Source: Promethearchaeia archaeon
GTDB taxonomy: Archaea > Asgardarchaeota > Lokiarchaeia > Sigyniarchaeales > SOKP01
Direction: 5' to 3'
Assembly: GCA_046483985.1 (NCBI GenBank)
Contig: JAWOCD010000057.1
Coordinates: forward strand, 1 to 64,000
Length of the DNA stretch: 64,000 nucleotides
Every line of letters begins with the position of its first letter. Position 1 is the first letter of the stretch. The position numbers and the translations under genes were made by a program. This document shows, in pieces, positions 28,720 through 38,846 of this stretch. The notes under the pieces were generated by a model that did not search any database, was not told the origin of the DNA, and saw only the letters and a list, made by a program, of their open reading frames with translations.

Positions 28720-31700
28720 TCAATCTTTGTCGTCCAAGATTTTTAATAATTTTTTTATTTTATATTCCGATTGTGTCTCGGCTGCTCTCCACTTCTTAAT
28801 TAGATTTAGCTTTTTTACAATGAGAACTGAGTTCAGATTCGATGCTATCCCGTTTATTATATAAATGATTGCCCACCATTTGGTAAATAGTTCATACGCA
28901 TCAGCACTAAACCACAATTTATTTTCATACCGATTGATTTGTAAGAATTCATTAATTTCAGCGTCTTTTAAGAAGGACTCCAGAATCTCAGAAGGATTTT
29001 GCTCGTTTAGGTTTATAATCTCTGCCCAATTTTGGAACATAGTCATAAGCTTTATCAGTTTTACATAATCTTGGATATTTTCCTTTCCCTTTCCTTGTAA
29101 TTTAAAAAGTGTCTTTTGAATGAATTTTGACATATTCCAAGAATCAATCCAACTCCTACTGATTAAATTTATTTCCTCTTCCTCATCTGTTTGCACCAAT
29201 CCAATAAGATGAAGGATCGCCCACGAAAATGCAACTGCTAATTCAAATTGAGAATCTGGTAGTAATTCGGTAATAAATCGATCAGTTTCATCCGGCAAAT
29301 CTAATTGCTTTATTTGTTTATCTAAAGTCAGAATAATTTTCAATTTTTTAAGTATTAATTCCTTGACGGCGTGCACGTTTCCTCTTCCAGAGGAATAATC
29401 ATTTACCTTCGTTAAAAACTGATTAAGGGGGTCTCGGATTTTCCGTATTACATTATTCTCTCCCGTAGAGGCGCTCAATTCTTTAAAAAACGTAGGATTG
29501 ATTATTTTCCCTAAGGGTTCGTAAAGAGGTTGATATACCACATCATTAAGCGTCTCATGAATATCGGGAACCCCTTTACCTCCAAGGTGATCATATAATT
29601 TTGCATAATGAAAGAATTCGTTATCTTGAATAATGCGGAAATTCAAAAGAACATATACTTGATATCCATTGAGTTCAAAATACAACCCGTTATCGTTGAT
29701 TTCGGTATTCCTTCTGATGTATTCTAAACCGGTAACATGGTCCTCGAATATAGTATACCCCTCTCGCGGAATATCTAATCCTTCGGCTAAACTTGTTTGA
29801 ATAATTTTACTTTCATCGCCTTCTTTTACCGCATAGCCCACGGAACTTTTCACATAGCCGGTCGTACGATTATATCTATTATTATACACAATTAATGCCC
29901 GTTCTGTTCCAACCCTATTTGAATACGCAAAAACATCCTCATTTACGGTTTTTCCTGTCCAAAAATCGTAAAGTATGAAATTTTTAACATCCGCAAAGAG
30001 GTATCGTTTTTTCATTAAAGGAAAGATAAGCCTTTCATGATGATGTAATAAACCCCAGTTGATGTCCTCTTGCCAATAAGCACGCCTATATTCCATTCCA
30101 TATTTTTCTGAATAACCTTGTATCTGTCCATGGCCAAACATCGGTAAACCTGGCATGGTGACCATCAATACACAAACGCCAAAATATTTATCGCCATCCC
30201 CAAATTGTATAATTGCGGGCTCCTCATCGGGATTACTCATAAAATTTACAAATCTTTTAAGAATCTTTCGGTCAAATTCCAATGTGTTTTTCAACACCGC
30301 TCGGTATTTTGCATTATCCTCGTCGCTTAACATATTCATAAATGCCGAATTATAGACCCGATGCATTCCGAGCGTTCTGACAAAAAAGCCTTCAAGAAGC
30401 CAAAATGCTTCAGCCAATAAAAGGGTGTCGGGATTTTCTTTCTTAATTCTCTCTACCACTTCCCTCCAAAATTCTTCGGGCATTTTCTCATAAAATTCTT
30501 CTTTACTCATACCATGCTCAGCCCGAGAAGGTATTGCACCGCCACTACCGGGTTCTGGGAACCATAAGCGCTGAAAATGTTTTCGGGTTAAAGTCATGGC
30601 TGCATCAAATCGAATGATAGGGAATAAGCGGGACACATGTAAGATTTTTTGGATGACCGCTTCTCTTACCTCTGGATTCAAGAAATTCAATTGAGCCGTA
30701 TCATTCCAAGGAAAACTGGTTCCATCGTTTCCATGATAAATATATTTTGTATCTCCTGTATTAAAGTCAACTCGCTTAAAGGTAACAGCCGCATCTTCAC
30801 GTGTGAAATATTTATCTTCCAAATAAATACCTATATCTGACCTGTCGGCTAAATTTTCTCCCGAATATTGATAAGAGGGAAAAGGAGGATAAGGCAATGA
30901 AATGTACCAATCAGGGTGTTCAATGGTCCACTTTGAGACTATTCCAGTATGATTTGGAACCATATCACTTGCAAGGCGAATACCTCTCTGCCAAGCCCGA
31001 TTTTTAAGATCCTCGTAGGCGTCGTGCCCACCTAAATCATATGCAATTTCATAATCATAAAGAGAATACGCGCTTGCTTCAGCCTCTGGGTTTCCGCACC
31101 AGCGTTTTATTCTTTTCGAAGCTTGACATCGCTCCCATACCCCTATGAGCCAAAGCGCGTTAAATCCCCAATCTCTTAATTTATCCAATTCTTCATCGGG
31201 TATCTCATTTAATTTTGTAATCGAACGGTCATACTTCTTAGAAAGTTGATGTAACCAGACGTAGGTATTTTTAGCAATCATAACTACTTTCGGCATCCAC
31301 TCCTTATCGGGTGTATAATTCTCAATTTCGGTGACATCATATTCATATACCCTCGATTTTCCTGGACCCAATCCCCGTAATCGTTCTTCTTCCCTAATTA
31401 AATCTAAAGCGGTTATGACCATGCTGTAATATTCTCCTAACATGTTCGACCAATTATCTTGCATATATTCCAATTGTTTGAGAATAGATTTTGGATTTTT
31501 TTTGATGGGGGTTCGCAATAATTCTATAAGACTTTGATTTTCAGGACCAATTCCAGGTTTTTGTTCAAAAAATTCATCCGAAATTTCAATTATTTCTTCA
31601 TAAGAGGTTTTTGCTTCAATATCTTCATCATTAAATAGTTCTACAAGATCTGAAAAAGCAGGATTCTCATTTGCAATCCGTAACTTCACAAGTTCCTCTA

Positions 31701-32124
31701 TATAATCTGCTTTTTCTTCCGCCTTATTTAAACGCTTTTCTATAAATCCTTCTACCGTCAATTGACCATTATACACTGATTTTGGGGGGAATTTCTCCAA
31801 GAGACCCGTCAAGGACTCTTTTAATTGTTCTTCCCCAATCTTTTCAGTTAAATGAGAATGCAATTCTTCTTTTACATTAAAATCTATTTCTCCTTGATAG
31901 ATATCAAAAAAATAGTCATATATTTCGAACTCTAAGGCCATTCCATTAAAAAGACCTGCCCGCACAGCTTTTTCGGGGTGATTAATTAGATCTCGTTTCC
32001 TATTAATTTGACGGACAACTTGCCGTACACTATAAACATCACCCTCGAAGATAATATTTCCTTTATCTGTAAATAAAAAATCGTCGAGTTCGTATTTTTT
32101 TCTGGCGTTTGCAGTGATTTTCAT
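28720..32124 (-). CDS. Large GH13 alpha-amylase-family protein
   Basis: ASDMVPNH, IRFDAAM, LLAEAFW, FMSNPDE conserved regions; long helical N- and C-terminal extensions. Confidence 0.9.
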   Translation of the reverse strand: MKITANARKKYELDDFLFTDKGNIIFEGDVYSVRQVVRQINRKRDLINHPEKAVRAGLFNGMALEFEIYDYFFDIYQGEIDFNVKEELHSHLTEKIGEEQLKESLTGLLEKFPPKSVYNGQLTVEGFIEKRLNKAEEKADYIEELVKLRIANENPAFSDLVELFNDEDIEAKTSYEEIIEISDEFFEQKPGIGPENQSLIELLRTPIKKNPKSILKQLEYMQDNWSNMLGEYYSMVITALDLIREEERLRGLGPGKSRVYEYDVTEIENYTPDKEWMPKVVMIAKNTYVWLHQLSKKYDRSITKLNEIPDEELDKLRDWGFNALWLIGVWERCQASKRIKRWCGNPEAEASAYSLYDYEIAYDLGGHDAYEDLKNRAWQRGIRLASDMVPNHTGIVSKWTIEHPDWYISLPYPPFPSYQYSGENLADRSDIGIYLEDKYFTREDAAVTFKRVDFNTGDTKYIYHGNDGTSFPWNDTAQLNFLNPEVREAVIQKILHVSRLFPIIRFDAAMTLTRKHFQRLWFPEPGSGGAIPSRAEHGMSKEEFYEKMPEEFWREVVERIKKENPDTLLLAEAFWLLEGFFVRTLGMHRVYNSAFMNMLSDEDNAKYRAVLKNTLEFDRKILKRFVNFMSNPDEEPAIIQFGDGDKYFGVCVLMVTMPGLPMFGHGQIQGYSEKYGMEYRRAYWQEDINWGLLHHHERLIFPLMKKRYLFADVKNFILYDFWTGKTVNEDVFAYSNRVGTERALIVYNNRYNRTTGYVKSSVGYAVKEGDESKIIQTSLAEGLDIPREGYTIFEDHVTGLEYIRRNTEINDNGLYFELNGYQVYVLLNFRIIQDNEFFHYAKLYDHLGGKGVPDIHETLNDVVYQPLYEPLGKIINPTFFKELSASTGENNVIRKIRDPLNQFLTKVNDYSSGRGNVHAVKELILKKLKIILTLDKQIKQLDLPDETDRFITELLPDSQFELAVAFSWAILHLIGLVQTDEEEEINLISRSWIDSWNMSKFIQKTLFKLQGKGKENIQDYVKLIKLMTMFQNWAEIINLNEQNPSEILESFLKDAEINEFLQINRYENKLWFSADAYELFTKWWAIIYIINGIASNLNSVLIVKKLNLIKKWRAAETQSEYKIKKLLKILDDKD

Positions 32125-32268
32125 TGTGTTTTAATTCTTTTTAAAATGTTTGACCATATCTATATATATAATATTATATATTGTTGGAGAATTTCTAAAT
32201 CTTACTTCCCTAAAATAATTAATAAAAGAAGAGTAATATTAAATTTTAGAATTAATTTGAATATCTTT

Positions 32269-32991
32269 ATGAATCACAATGTAACGATTTTAGTTGATAA
32301 TTTGAATGGAACTCAATCGGGTTTTGTTAAATCCTACGGGTTTGCCGTATTAATAGAGAAAAATGATCAGCAAATCCTATTTGATGTGGGAACAAAAGTG
32401 CACGCGCTTATGAAAAATCTTAAGGTATTAGGAACTGGTGCCACTGAATTAGATGCTATAATCTTAAGTCATAACCATTATGATCATACAGACGGTCTCC
32501 CCGGGATTTTAAATGAGAATCCGAATATCCCTATTTATATTCACAAGGACTGGAATAAGCCTGCAAGTTTTAAGGGTGTATTGGTACCTAAACCTAATCG
32601 AAAAGTTGTAAAAAGGGCAAGAGAGTTAAAAGACGTTTGCAAAGGAATATACATTACAGATTCTTTTTTATCTCCGGATTACGGAGGAGTATATGAACAA
32701 GCAATCTATGTTGAAGGTAATGACCAGTGCATTTTAATTTGCGGTTGTTGTCATCCCGGACTAAATGTCTTTATAGAGGAAAGAGAAAAATTGGGCATTT
32801 CGCTCATGAAAGAGCTAACAATAATGGGCGGATTTCATGGTTTTTCCTTTAGTGATAAAAGAGCCGAGGAATTAGATTCAATAATTCGAAAAGTTTATCT
32901 CTGCCACTGCACCCAAAAGACGGACACTTTTAAAAGCCAGTTTGGGGAAAAATGCGAATTCGGTATGGTGGGACGTAAAATGTCTTTTTAA
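32269..32991 (+). CDS. MBL-fold metallo-hydrolase
   Basis: ILFDVG, LSHNHYDHTDG, GCCHPG, GGFH, CHCT. Confidence 0.9.
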   Translation: MNHNVTILVDNLNGTQSGFVKSYGFAVLIEKNDQQILFDVGTKVHALMKNLKVLGTGATELDAIILSHNHYDHTDGLPGILNENPNIPIYIHKDWNKPASFKGVLVPKPNRKVVKRARELKDVCKGIYITDSFLSPDYGGVYEQAIYVEGNDQCILICGCCHPGLNVFIEEREKLGISLMKELTIMGGFHGFSFSDKRAEELDSIIRKVYLCHCTQKTDTFKSQFGEKCEFGMVGRKMSF

Positions 32992-33050
32992 TATTCTATA
33001 ATGGAAGTACTATTAAATCATTAATATTTATCGTAGTTAAGGATGTTTTT

Positions 33051-33782
33051 ATGTATCTCACAATTGAAGAATTGTCCGGATTACGGATTTTAAATAGTCT
33101 TTTTTCCTTGATATTTGTACTCGTATCAATTATGATCGCGCTCCGTATCCTCTCCAAATATGTTACCACTAAACATAGAGATCTTATTCCAGTTGGATTG
33201 GCTTGGGTGCTATTATCAACACCTTGGTGGAGTCCTGCATTTAATTTGGTAACCGTCTATTTCTTTAATTATTCAATAGATCCCCCGATTTACCTTTTTA
33301 TTATGACTGCATTCATTCCGTATGCATTAATTTGTTGGATTTACGCATTTAGCAAATTAACTTATCCAGAAAGCAAGAAAAAGATATTCTATCCGTTTTT
33401 GATAATATGTTTGGCTTATAGCGCCGTATTTATGATTTTATTCTTGATCAAGATGGACTTTATTGCCAAGTATGAAGGGGGATTTACCTATCATCGAACA
33501 TTCTTTAATATAGGCTTTCTTCTTTTCACCGTTATTTCAGCAATCGTGTCCGGGATTCTATTTACCAGAAGATCCTTGCAGTCTCCGAACCCTGAAATTC
33601 GGTGGAAAGGTAGATTCCTATTGATAGCATTTTTCTCGTTCGTTGGGGGCGCGACCATGGATATTTTCTCAAGAGGAAATATTATATTACAACTCAGTGC
33701 GAGGATTCTGTTAATTATTTCAGCGATATGTTATTACCTTGGCTTCTTCCTACCACCCAAACTAAAACAGTTGTTAGTTTAA
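33051..33782 (+). CDS. Hypothetical 7-TM membrane protein
   Basis: About 7 hydrophobic helices; ends in YYLGFFLP. Confidence 0.75.
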   Translation: MYLTIEELSGLRILNSLFSLIFVLVSIMIALRILSKYVTTKHRDLIPVGLAWVLLSTPWWSPAFNLVTVYFFNYSIDPPIYLFIMTAFIPYALICWIYAFSKLTYPESKKKIFYPFLIICLAYSAVFMILFLIKMDFIAKYEGGFTYHRTFFNIGFLLFTVISAIVSGILFTRRSLQSPNPEIRWKGRFLLIAFFSFVGGATMDIFSRGNIILQLSARILLIISAICYYLGFFLPPKLKQLLV

Positions 33783-33825
33783 AAAAAAATGACTAAAGAA
33801 AAAAAATGAATACTTATTTTTTTAT

Positions 33826-34284
33826 TCAATAATCTAAACTCACATCTACGTTGATTCCTTCGCGGACTGCTTGCGTAACGATACAATATTCTTCAAACAT
33901 TTTTCTGCACCGATCGGCACGTTTCCTCGCGTCTTCAGTATCGATTTTAGGTTTTATGTGAACATCAATTTTTTGAACCCGCCAAAATCCTTTTTCATTT
34001 CGCCCGACCTTTACCTCCGCATCTGCCTTCAGATCATCCACCTTAAAATCTCGTTTTTTTAAACAAAATATAAAGCTTGCACTTAAGCACCCCAAAACTG
34101 CCATCCCTAACAGTCGGGATGGATTAGGACCCATCATATTCACTTCTTCCCTATGTTCTTCATCAATATAGCAATCTTTCACGTTCATTTCTCCCAGTTC
34201 GCATTCGAATATCATTCCCTCTTCCAGGCTGATTCCAACATTGGCTTTCATTACATCTTCTTCGTCTGACATCTTTTTTATCAC
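33826..34284 (-). CDS. OsmC/Ohr family protein
   Basis: GPNPSRLL..AVLGCL and YCIVTQAV cysteine pair. Confidence 0.88.
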   Translation of the reverse strand: MIKKMSDEEDVMKANVGISLEEGMIFECELGEMNVKDCYIDEEHREEVNMMGPNPSRLLGMAVLGCLSASFIFCLKKRDFKVDDLKADAEVKVGRNEKGFWRVQKIDVHIKPKIDTEDARKRADRCRKMFEEYCIVTQAVREGINVDVSLDY

Positions 34285-34374
34285 ACCACTAGATTTTTTT
34301 GAAGCGTTTACTATCTAAAGTTCACTGACATTTTTTTAATATTTCCCTAATAATTAAAAAATGAGAATAACTAT

Positions 34375-34968
34375 CTAATCCTTAGTTTCTATCTTTTTTA
34401 GGGAAATATATCCCAGTACATGGAACAATAATAAGAGAAAATAAAATACAATAAAATATACAAATGTCGGGGCCAATAGAAAAAGAGTTATGAACATAAT
34501 AACAAATGTGAGAACTTCTATTACAAGAATGAATCGATTTCTATAATATTTGAAGTCAAAGAAAGATTTATCTAGTTTGAAATCTTTCAGAATCTCCGAT
34601 AGATTATTGAGTTCTTCCTTTGAGATCAGAAATTTAGGACCGAACGGTTTTTTGTGAAATCCACAAAAGTTAGTACCCCAATCACAAGTATCTATAAGGA
34701 TGTGAATGAAATATGTTAGCCCCCCAATAAGTAAAGTAGGGGAAAAAAAGAAGAGTCCAAGTATAATTAAAATTAAGGAAGGAATAATGCTGTGAGTGAG
34801 TAACATGCGGTGATTATCATTCTGCGCATATTTGGAGAAAAATATATCAAAATCCATAATAAAGGAACAAAGTACTAGGAAAATGAATTTAATAAGAGTT
34901 AATGGACAGAAATAGTGAGTAATGGAGGCAATAATCACTCCTATAGCGAAATGTGTATTTATATGCAT
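34375..34968 (-). CDS. Membrane-bound metal-dependent hydrolase (YdjM-like)
   Basis: TH, DFD, HRMLLTHS, HILID motifs. Confidence 0.8.
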   Translation of the reverse strand: MHINTHFAIGVIIASITHYFCPLTLIKFIFLVLCSFIMDFDIFFSKYAQNDNHRMLLTHSIIPSLILIILGLFFFSPTLLIGGLTYFIHILIDTCDWGTNFCGFHKKPFGPKFLISKEELNNLSEILKDFKLDKSFFDFKYYRNRFILVIEVLTFVIMFITLFLLAPTFVYFIVFYFLLLLFHVLGYISLKKIETKD

Positions 34969-35000
34969 AGTAACCTTCAGATTTACTTTTTATATTAATA

Positions 35001-35981
35001 TTAATTTAGGAAATAATAATTTTTTCTTTTAATTCTCTTCTTTATTATTTTTTTGGGTTTAAAACCTGCCACTCCTTTTTCTTCAATTAAAAATGAAGCA
35101 GCTGAAGCGGCTAACTTTCCGATTTTCTTAATAGTGTCCCATTCTTTTGTAGATTTTAAATATTCATAGATAAAAATCGATAAATATACATCACCAGCAC
35201 CAGTTTCATCAATACTTATTTCTGGTCGATAAGCGGGAATCTCTATAATTTCATGGTCTTTTTGTGTTATGAGTGAGCCGTCTTTGCCTAACGTCATAAT
35301 AGAGATCCCCTCAAATTTTCTATAAAAATTCATAATTTCCTTCATTTCCCTCTTACCAGAGACATACTGCATCTCTTTTTTTGACCCTTTACAAATCAAG
35401 CGATCTCCCAATAATTCAATTATTTTGAGTATAATTTTTTTTTTCTCACCATTAGAGTCCAGCAAAACGTTTCCTTCCTTATCTATCGTTCGAACAAATC
35501 CTTGGAGATCGATCCCTATGCACGCATTAGGGAAAGTTTTATGTATTTTTCTAACAAATTCAAACGATATCTCATTACAAATCGGTACTAAGACAATGGC
35601 ATCTGGCTTATTTTCTAAATAGCGTTTTGGCATATCTTCGAAGTGAATATCGGGGCTCCGTGACTTTAGAGTAAGCTTCCGATAATTGTTTGAATAATCT
35701 AACACAAAATTGGTATTATCAGAATCTATTTGAATTATCCCTTCCAAGTTGATTCCAGAACTATTTAATCTTTTAAGCAAGGAAGGGGGAAAATTGTTTT
35801 TTCCTAATTTAGACAAAACTCCGATAGTTACATGAGAAGTATATGTATTCAAAGCTAAAGAGCAAAAGCAAACACTTCCGCCCAGTGTTGGGTTGAATTC
35901 AATTTTATTTTTTATCACATTATCAATAGCTATGTGACCTATAAATAAGATTGAAGTTTTTCTTTTTGGTTCCTTAGACAT
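35001..35981 (-). CDS. PfkB family carbohydrate kinase
   Basis: IGHIAID, LGGS, IDLQG, TLGKDGS, DETGAGD. Confidence 0.9.
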   Translation of the reverse strand: MSKEPKRKTSILFIGHIAIDNVIKNKIEFNPTLGGSVCFCSLALNTYTSHVTIGVLSKLGKNNFPPSLLKRLNSSGINLEGIIQIDSDNTNFVLDYSNNYRKLTLKSRSPDIHFEDMPKRYLENKPDAIVLVPICNEISFEFVRKIHKTFPNACIGIDLQGFVRTIDKEGNVLLDSNGEKKKIILKIIELLGDRLICKGSKKEMQYVSGKREMKEIMNFYRKFEGISIMTLGKDGSLITQKDHEIIEIPAYRPEISIDETGAGDVYLSIFIYEYLKSTKEWDTIKKIGKLAASAASFLIEEKGVAGFKPKKIIKKRIKRKNYYFLN

Positions 35982-36042
35982 TTAATTAAAACTCAGTAGT
36001 TTCTTTAAAATTAATATGGATAAAATAGGAAATAAGAAAAAA

Positions 36043-37167
36043 TTAATGATTTTTGTTTTTTTCCCGCTCCTTCTTTAGAGCAATCTTTAATTTATTGATT
36101 TTTGATTGTAAGCTCTCTACGAGATCAGCCATTCGACCAGACTCTCCCCCCTCAGTTGTGGGAGTTTGAAGCGATTCTATCTTCTCTTCTTTCTGTTCTA
36201 ATTCATCTTCAAGAGTTTTGATTTTTGATTTCAAATTGTCTAATTTTTCCGTATCCTCGGGGGCTTTACCCAGTTTTTCTTCCATTCCTTCTATTTTTGA
36301 TCTTAGTTTTCTATTCTCCGCTTTTAATTCCCCAACCTTACTTGATTCAGTATCAGAATCAACTTCTTCAGATTCTTTTTTTAGATTCTTGTTTTCTTTT
36401 TTTAACTTCTTTACAACCGATTTATATTTATTTACTTGTGATTGCAAATCATTACATAGGTTTCGAAGATGATCTGGTGATTCAGTTGTTACCTCTCCAG
36501 ATTCTCCCTCTTCCAAGGAAGATGCTTCTTCTTTAATATCTTTTAGCTCTTTATTCATATCTTCATTTAGAGATTCTAATTCTGAAATCTTATCGTTCTG
36601 TTCGTCAATTTGATTCTTTAGTTCTTTAATTGTTGTTTTCTTTTTAGCTAACTCAGATTTTAACTCTTGAATTAGCGTACTTGTGTCCCCCGTCTCACCT
36701 TCAGTGCTTTCTTCTGATAATTGTTCAATTTTTTGATTCATTTCCTTTATTTGAGCATTTTTTTCTTTTAACTCAGCATTTAAATCCGTTGCACCTTTTG
36801 CTCCGCTTTCCGATACTTTTAACTCTAAATCTTTCACTTGATCAGTTAATTTTGCATTTTTTTCTTTTAATTCATTAATTTCCAATTCAAGTTCCATTAT
36901 TGCTTTTTCTTTCTCTTCTTTGATTTCATCTTTTTTCTTTACTGCTTTTTCAATAGCTTCTTCAGAACGAGAGATTAAATCAATATTTTCCTCAATTTTC
37001 TCTTTTAATTCTGCATTTTCCTTCTCTAAGGTATCAATTTTCTGTTTCGCTTGCTCAAGCTCATCAATTGTATCTCCTATCACGGAAGGTTTCTTCTCTT
37101 TTTTCTTTTGTTTTTTCCAAAGAGAAACAAAGTCATCTGCATCTGCAGTTTTTTTATCTTCAGACAT
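36043..37167 (-). CDS. Long coiled-coil protein
   Basis: Heptad-rich E/K sequence interrupted by G/S/T-rich linkers. Confidence 0.75.
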   Translation of the reverse strand: MSEDKKTADADDFVSLWKKQKKKEKKPSVIGDTIDELEQAKQKIDTLEKENAELKEKIEENIDLISRSEEAIEKAVKKKDEIKEEKEKAIMELELEINELKEKNAKLTDQVKDLELKVSESGAKGATDLNAELKEKNAQIKEMNQKIEQLSEESTEGETGDTSTLIQELKSELAKKKTTIKELKNQIDEQNDKISELESLNEDMNKELKDIKEEASSLEEGESGEVTTESPDHLRNLCNDLQSQVNKYKSVVKKLKKENKNLKKESEEVDSDTESSKVGELKAENRKLRSKIEGMEEKLGKAPEDTEKLDNLKSKIKTLEDELEQKEEKIESLQTPTTEGGESGRMADLVESLQSKINKLKIALKKEREKNKNH

Positions 37168-37187
37168 TTTAATTAATCACATTTAAC

Positions 37188-38105
37188 TTAATCAGTTTTT
37201 CGCAAAATTCCTGAGAAATATCCAACAGAATATTCACAAGGGCCAGTACCACCGCCCTTTTCATAACTGGTGTAGTATTTTAATTTCTCTGCTTCATTGC
37301 AACCCAACTCTTTGCATGTTAGCATTAAAGTTGTAATGGTTTGTGGACCACAAACGGTCGTATTTCGTGCGGCTTTATATACCTTTTCGGGATCAAATTG
37401 TAAAAATGCATCAATTACGGCTTGATCTTTTTCTTTCATGTCTTTCAGATCATCTGCCGGGTCATGCATATTTGCTGGGCGTTTATGAGTCATATCCGAC
37501 GAGGCAACTATAATAATATCCTTATTTATCTCTGATATCGCTGAGGAAATAACATCCGATATTTGAACTAATGTTTCATAATCCTTAACTCCCATTTTTA
37601 TGGGGACCAACTCTAGATCTTTTTCTCCGGCACAGTGTTTAATAAACGGTAATTGGACCTCAATATTATGCTCTCGTCCATAAGGAAATCCTATGAAGGC
37701 GGATTCATCTTCTTTTATCTTTGGACTTTTTTCCAAAATTTTCTCCGCTAAATCTCTATCAATTTCTATCCCCCCCAAGGGAGTTTTCCAAATCCCTTCC
37801 TTCATAAGGCCGATATCAGAGTAGCCTTGATGGTCTGTGCCAATAATTACAACGGTATCAGGGATTTTTTCCCTAAATAAATTAAGATATGTATGTGCGG
37901 CTGCACATCCAGAGTATGTATAACCGGCGTGGGGAGACAGTCCTCCAAAAACTGTTCTCTTATCTTTATTCTGAGATTTACATTTCTCTCCTGGTCCAAA
38001 TTTACTATTTTCAAAAGACTCATTTAAAACTTTTAGTAAATCGGGTTTATATCTGGGATAAAATGAACCCGCAACAGCGGCTTTCCTTTTTGTTTTTCGA
38101 ACCAT
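37188..38105 (-). CDS. MEMO1 / AmmeMemoRadiSam protein B
   Basis: AVAGSFYP, PHAGYTYSG, WKTPLG, EHNIEVQLPF, ASSDMTH, VCG, SVGY. Confidence 0.93.
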   Translation of the reverse strand: MVRKTKRKAAVAGSFYPRYKPDLLKVLNESFENSKFGPGEKCKSQNKDKRTVFGGLSPHAGYTYSGCAAAHTYLNLFREKIPDTVVIIGTDHQGYSDIGLMKEGIWKTPLGGIEIDRDLAEKILEKSPKIKEDESAFIGFPYGREHNIEVQLPFIKHCAGEKDLELVPIKMGVKDYETLVQISDVISSAISEINKDIIIVASSDMTHKRPANMHDPADDLKDMKEKDQAVIDAFLQFDPEKVYKAARNTTVCGPQTITTLMLTCKELGCNEAEKLKYYTSYEKGGGTGPCEYSVGYFSGILRKTD

Positions 38106-38229
38106 AATTCAATACACTCATAAGAATATATTCTTTAATTTAATTTAATCCAAATAAGTATAAATAATTTGATTTTAAAATTTTTAGATTTTAATGAATT
38201 TAATAAGATTTAATAAATTCTAATACATA

Positions 38230-38832
38230 ATGAGCAAAGAAAAAGATGGGAACGTTTCGCTGGATGATCTTACCGAAGAAGATTTGCCAGAAAAGATACC
38301 CGCAAAATTTTTAAACTCTAGAGTGATTGTCTTTAATCCTTTATATGCCTCCTATTTATATGTGAAAAAAAGATTTTTCGGCGCCCCATTGGGTATTAGC
38401 AAGCCACGATTGGAATATTTCTCAAAACCTTCAGAATTATCATTAATTGAGGCTTATTATTTATTAAAGAGAGAAGAGATCACAATTTATGATGTGAATA
38501 AGGAAAAAAATTTGTCTCCAGCCGAATTTTATGAAACAGCAAAGAAAATCCACGATAAATTTGAGGAAAAATTTATCATTTATGAGGATTTACGGGAAAA
38601 AGGGTATGTACCACGTCCAGGGTTGAAATTCGGAGCGGATTTTGTCTGCTATAAAAAAGGTCCAGGATTAGAACACTCTCCATTCATTGTCCATGTTTTC
38701 CAAAGTAAAAAAAAGATTACTGCAATAGATATGGTCCGAGCTGGTCGATTAGCGACTAGTGTGAGAAAAAAGTTTGTAATCGCCAATCCACAAACTAAAA
38801 CTTACTACTTCTTTGAATGGTTCAAGCCTTAA
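38230..38832 (+). CDS. endA: tRNA-intron endonuclease, catalytic subunit
   Basis: LSLIEAYYL, YEDLREKGY, GLKFGADF..Y..GPG..HS, R.A.SVRK; Tyr-His-Lys triad present. Confidence 0.93.
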   Translation: MSKEKDGNVSLDDLTEEDLPEKIPAKFLNSRVIVFNPLYASYLYVKKRFFGAPLGISKPRLEYFSKPSELSLIEAYYLLKREEITIYDVNKEKNLSPAEFYETAKKIHDKFEEKFIIYEDLREKGYVPRPGLKFGADFVCYKKGPGLEHSPFIVHVFQSKKKITAIDMVRAGRLATSVRKKFVIANPQTKTYYFFEWFKP

Positions 38833-38846
38833 AAGAGATATTCATT

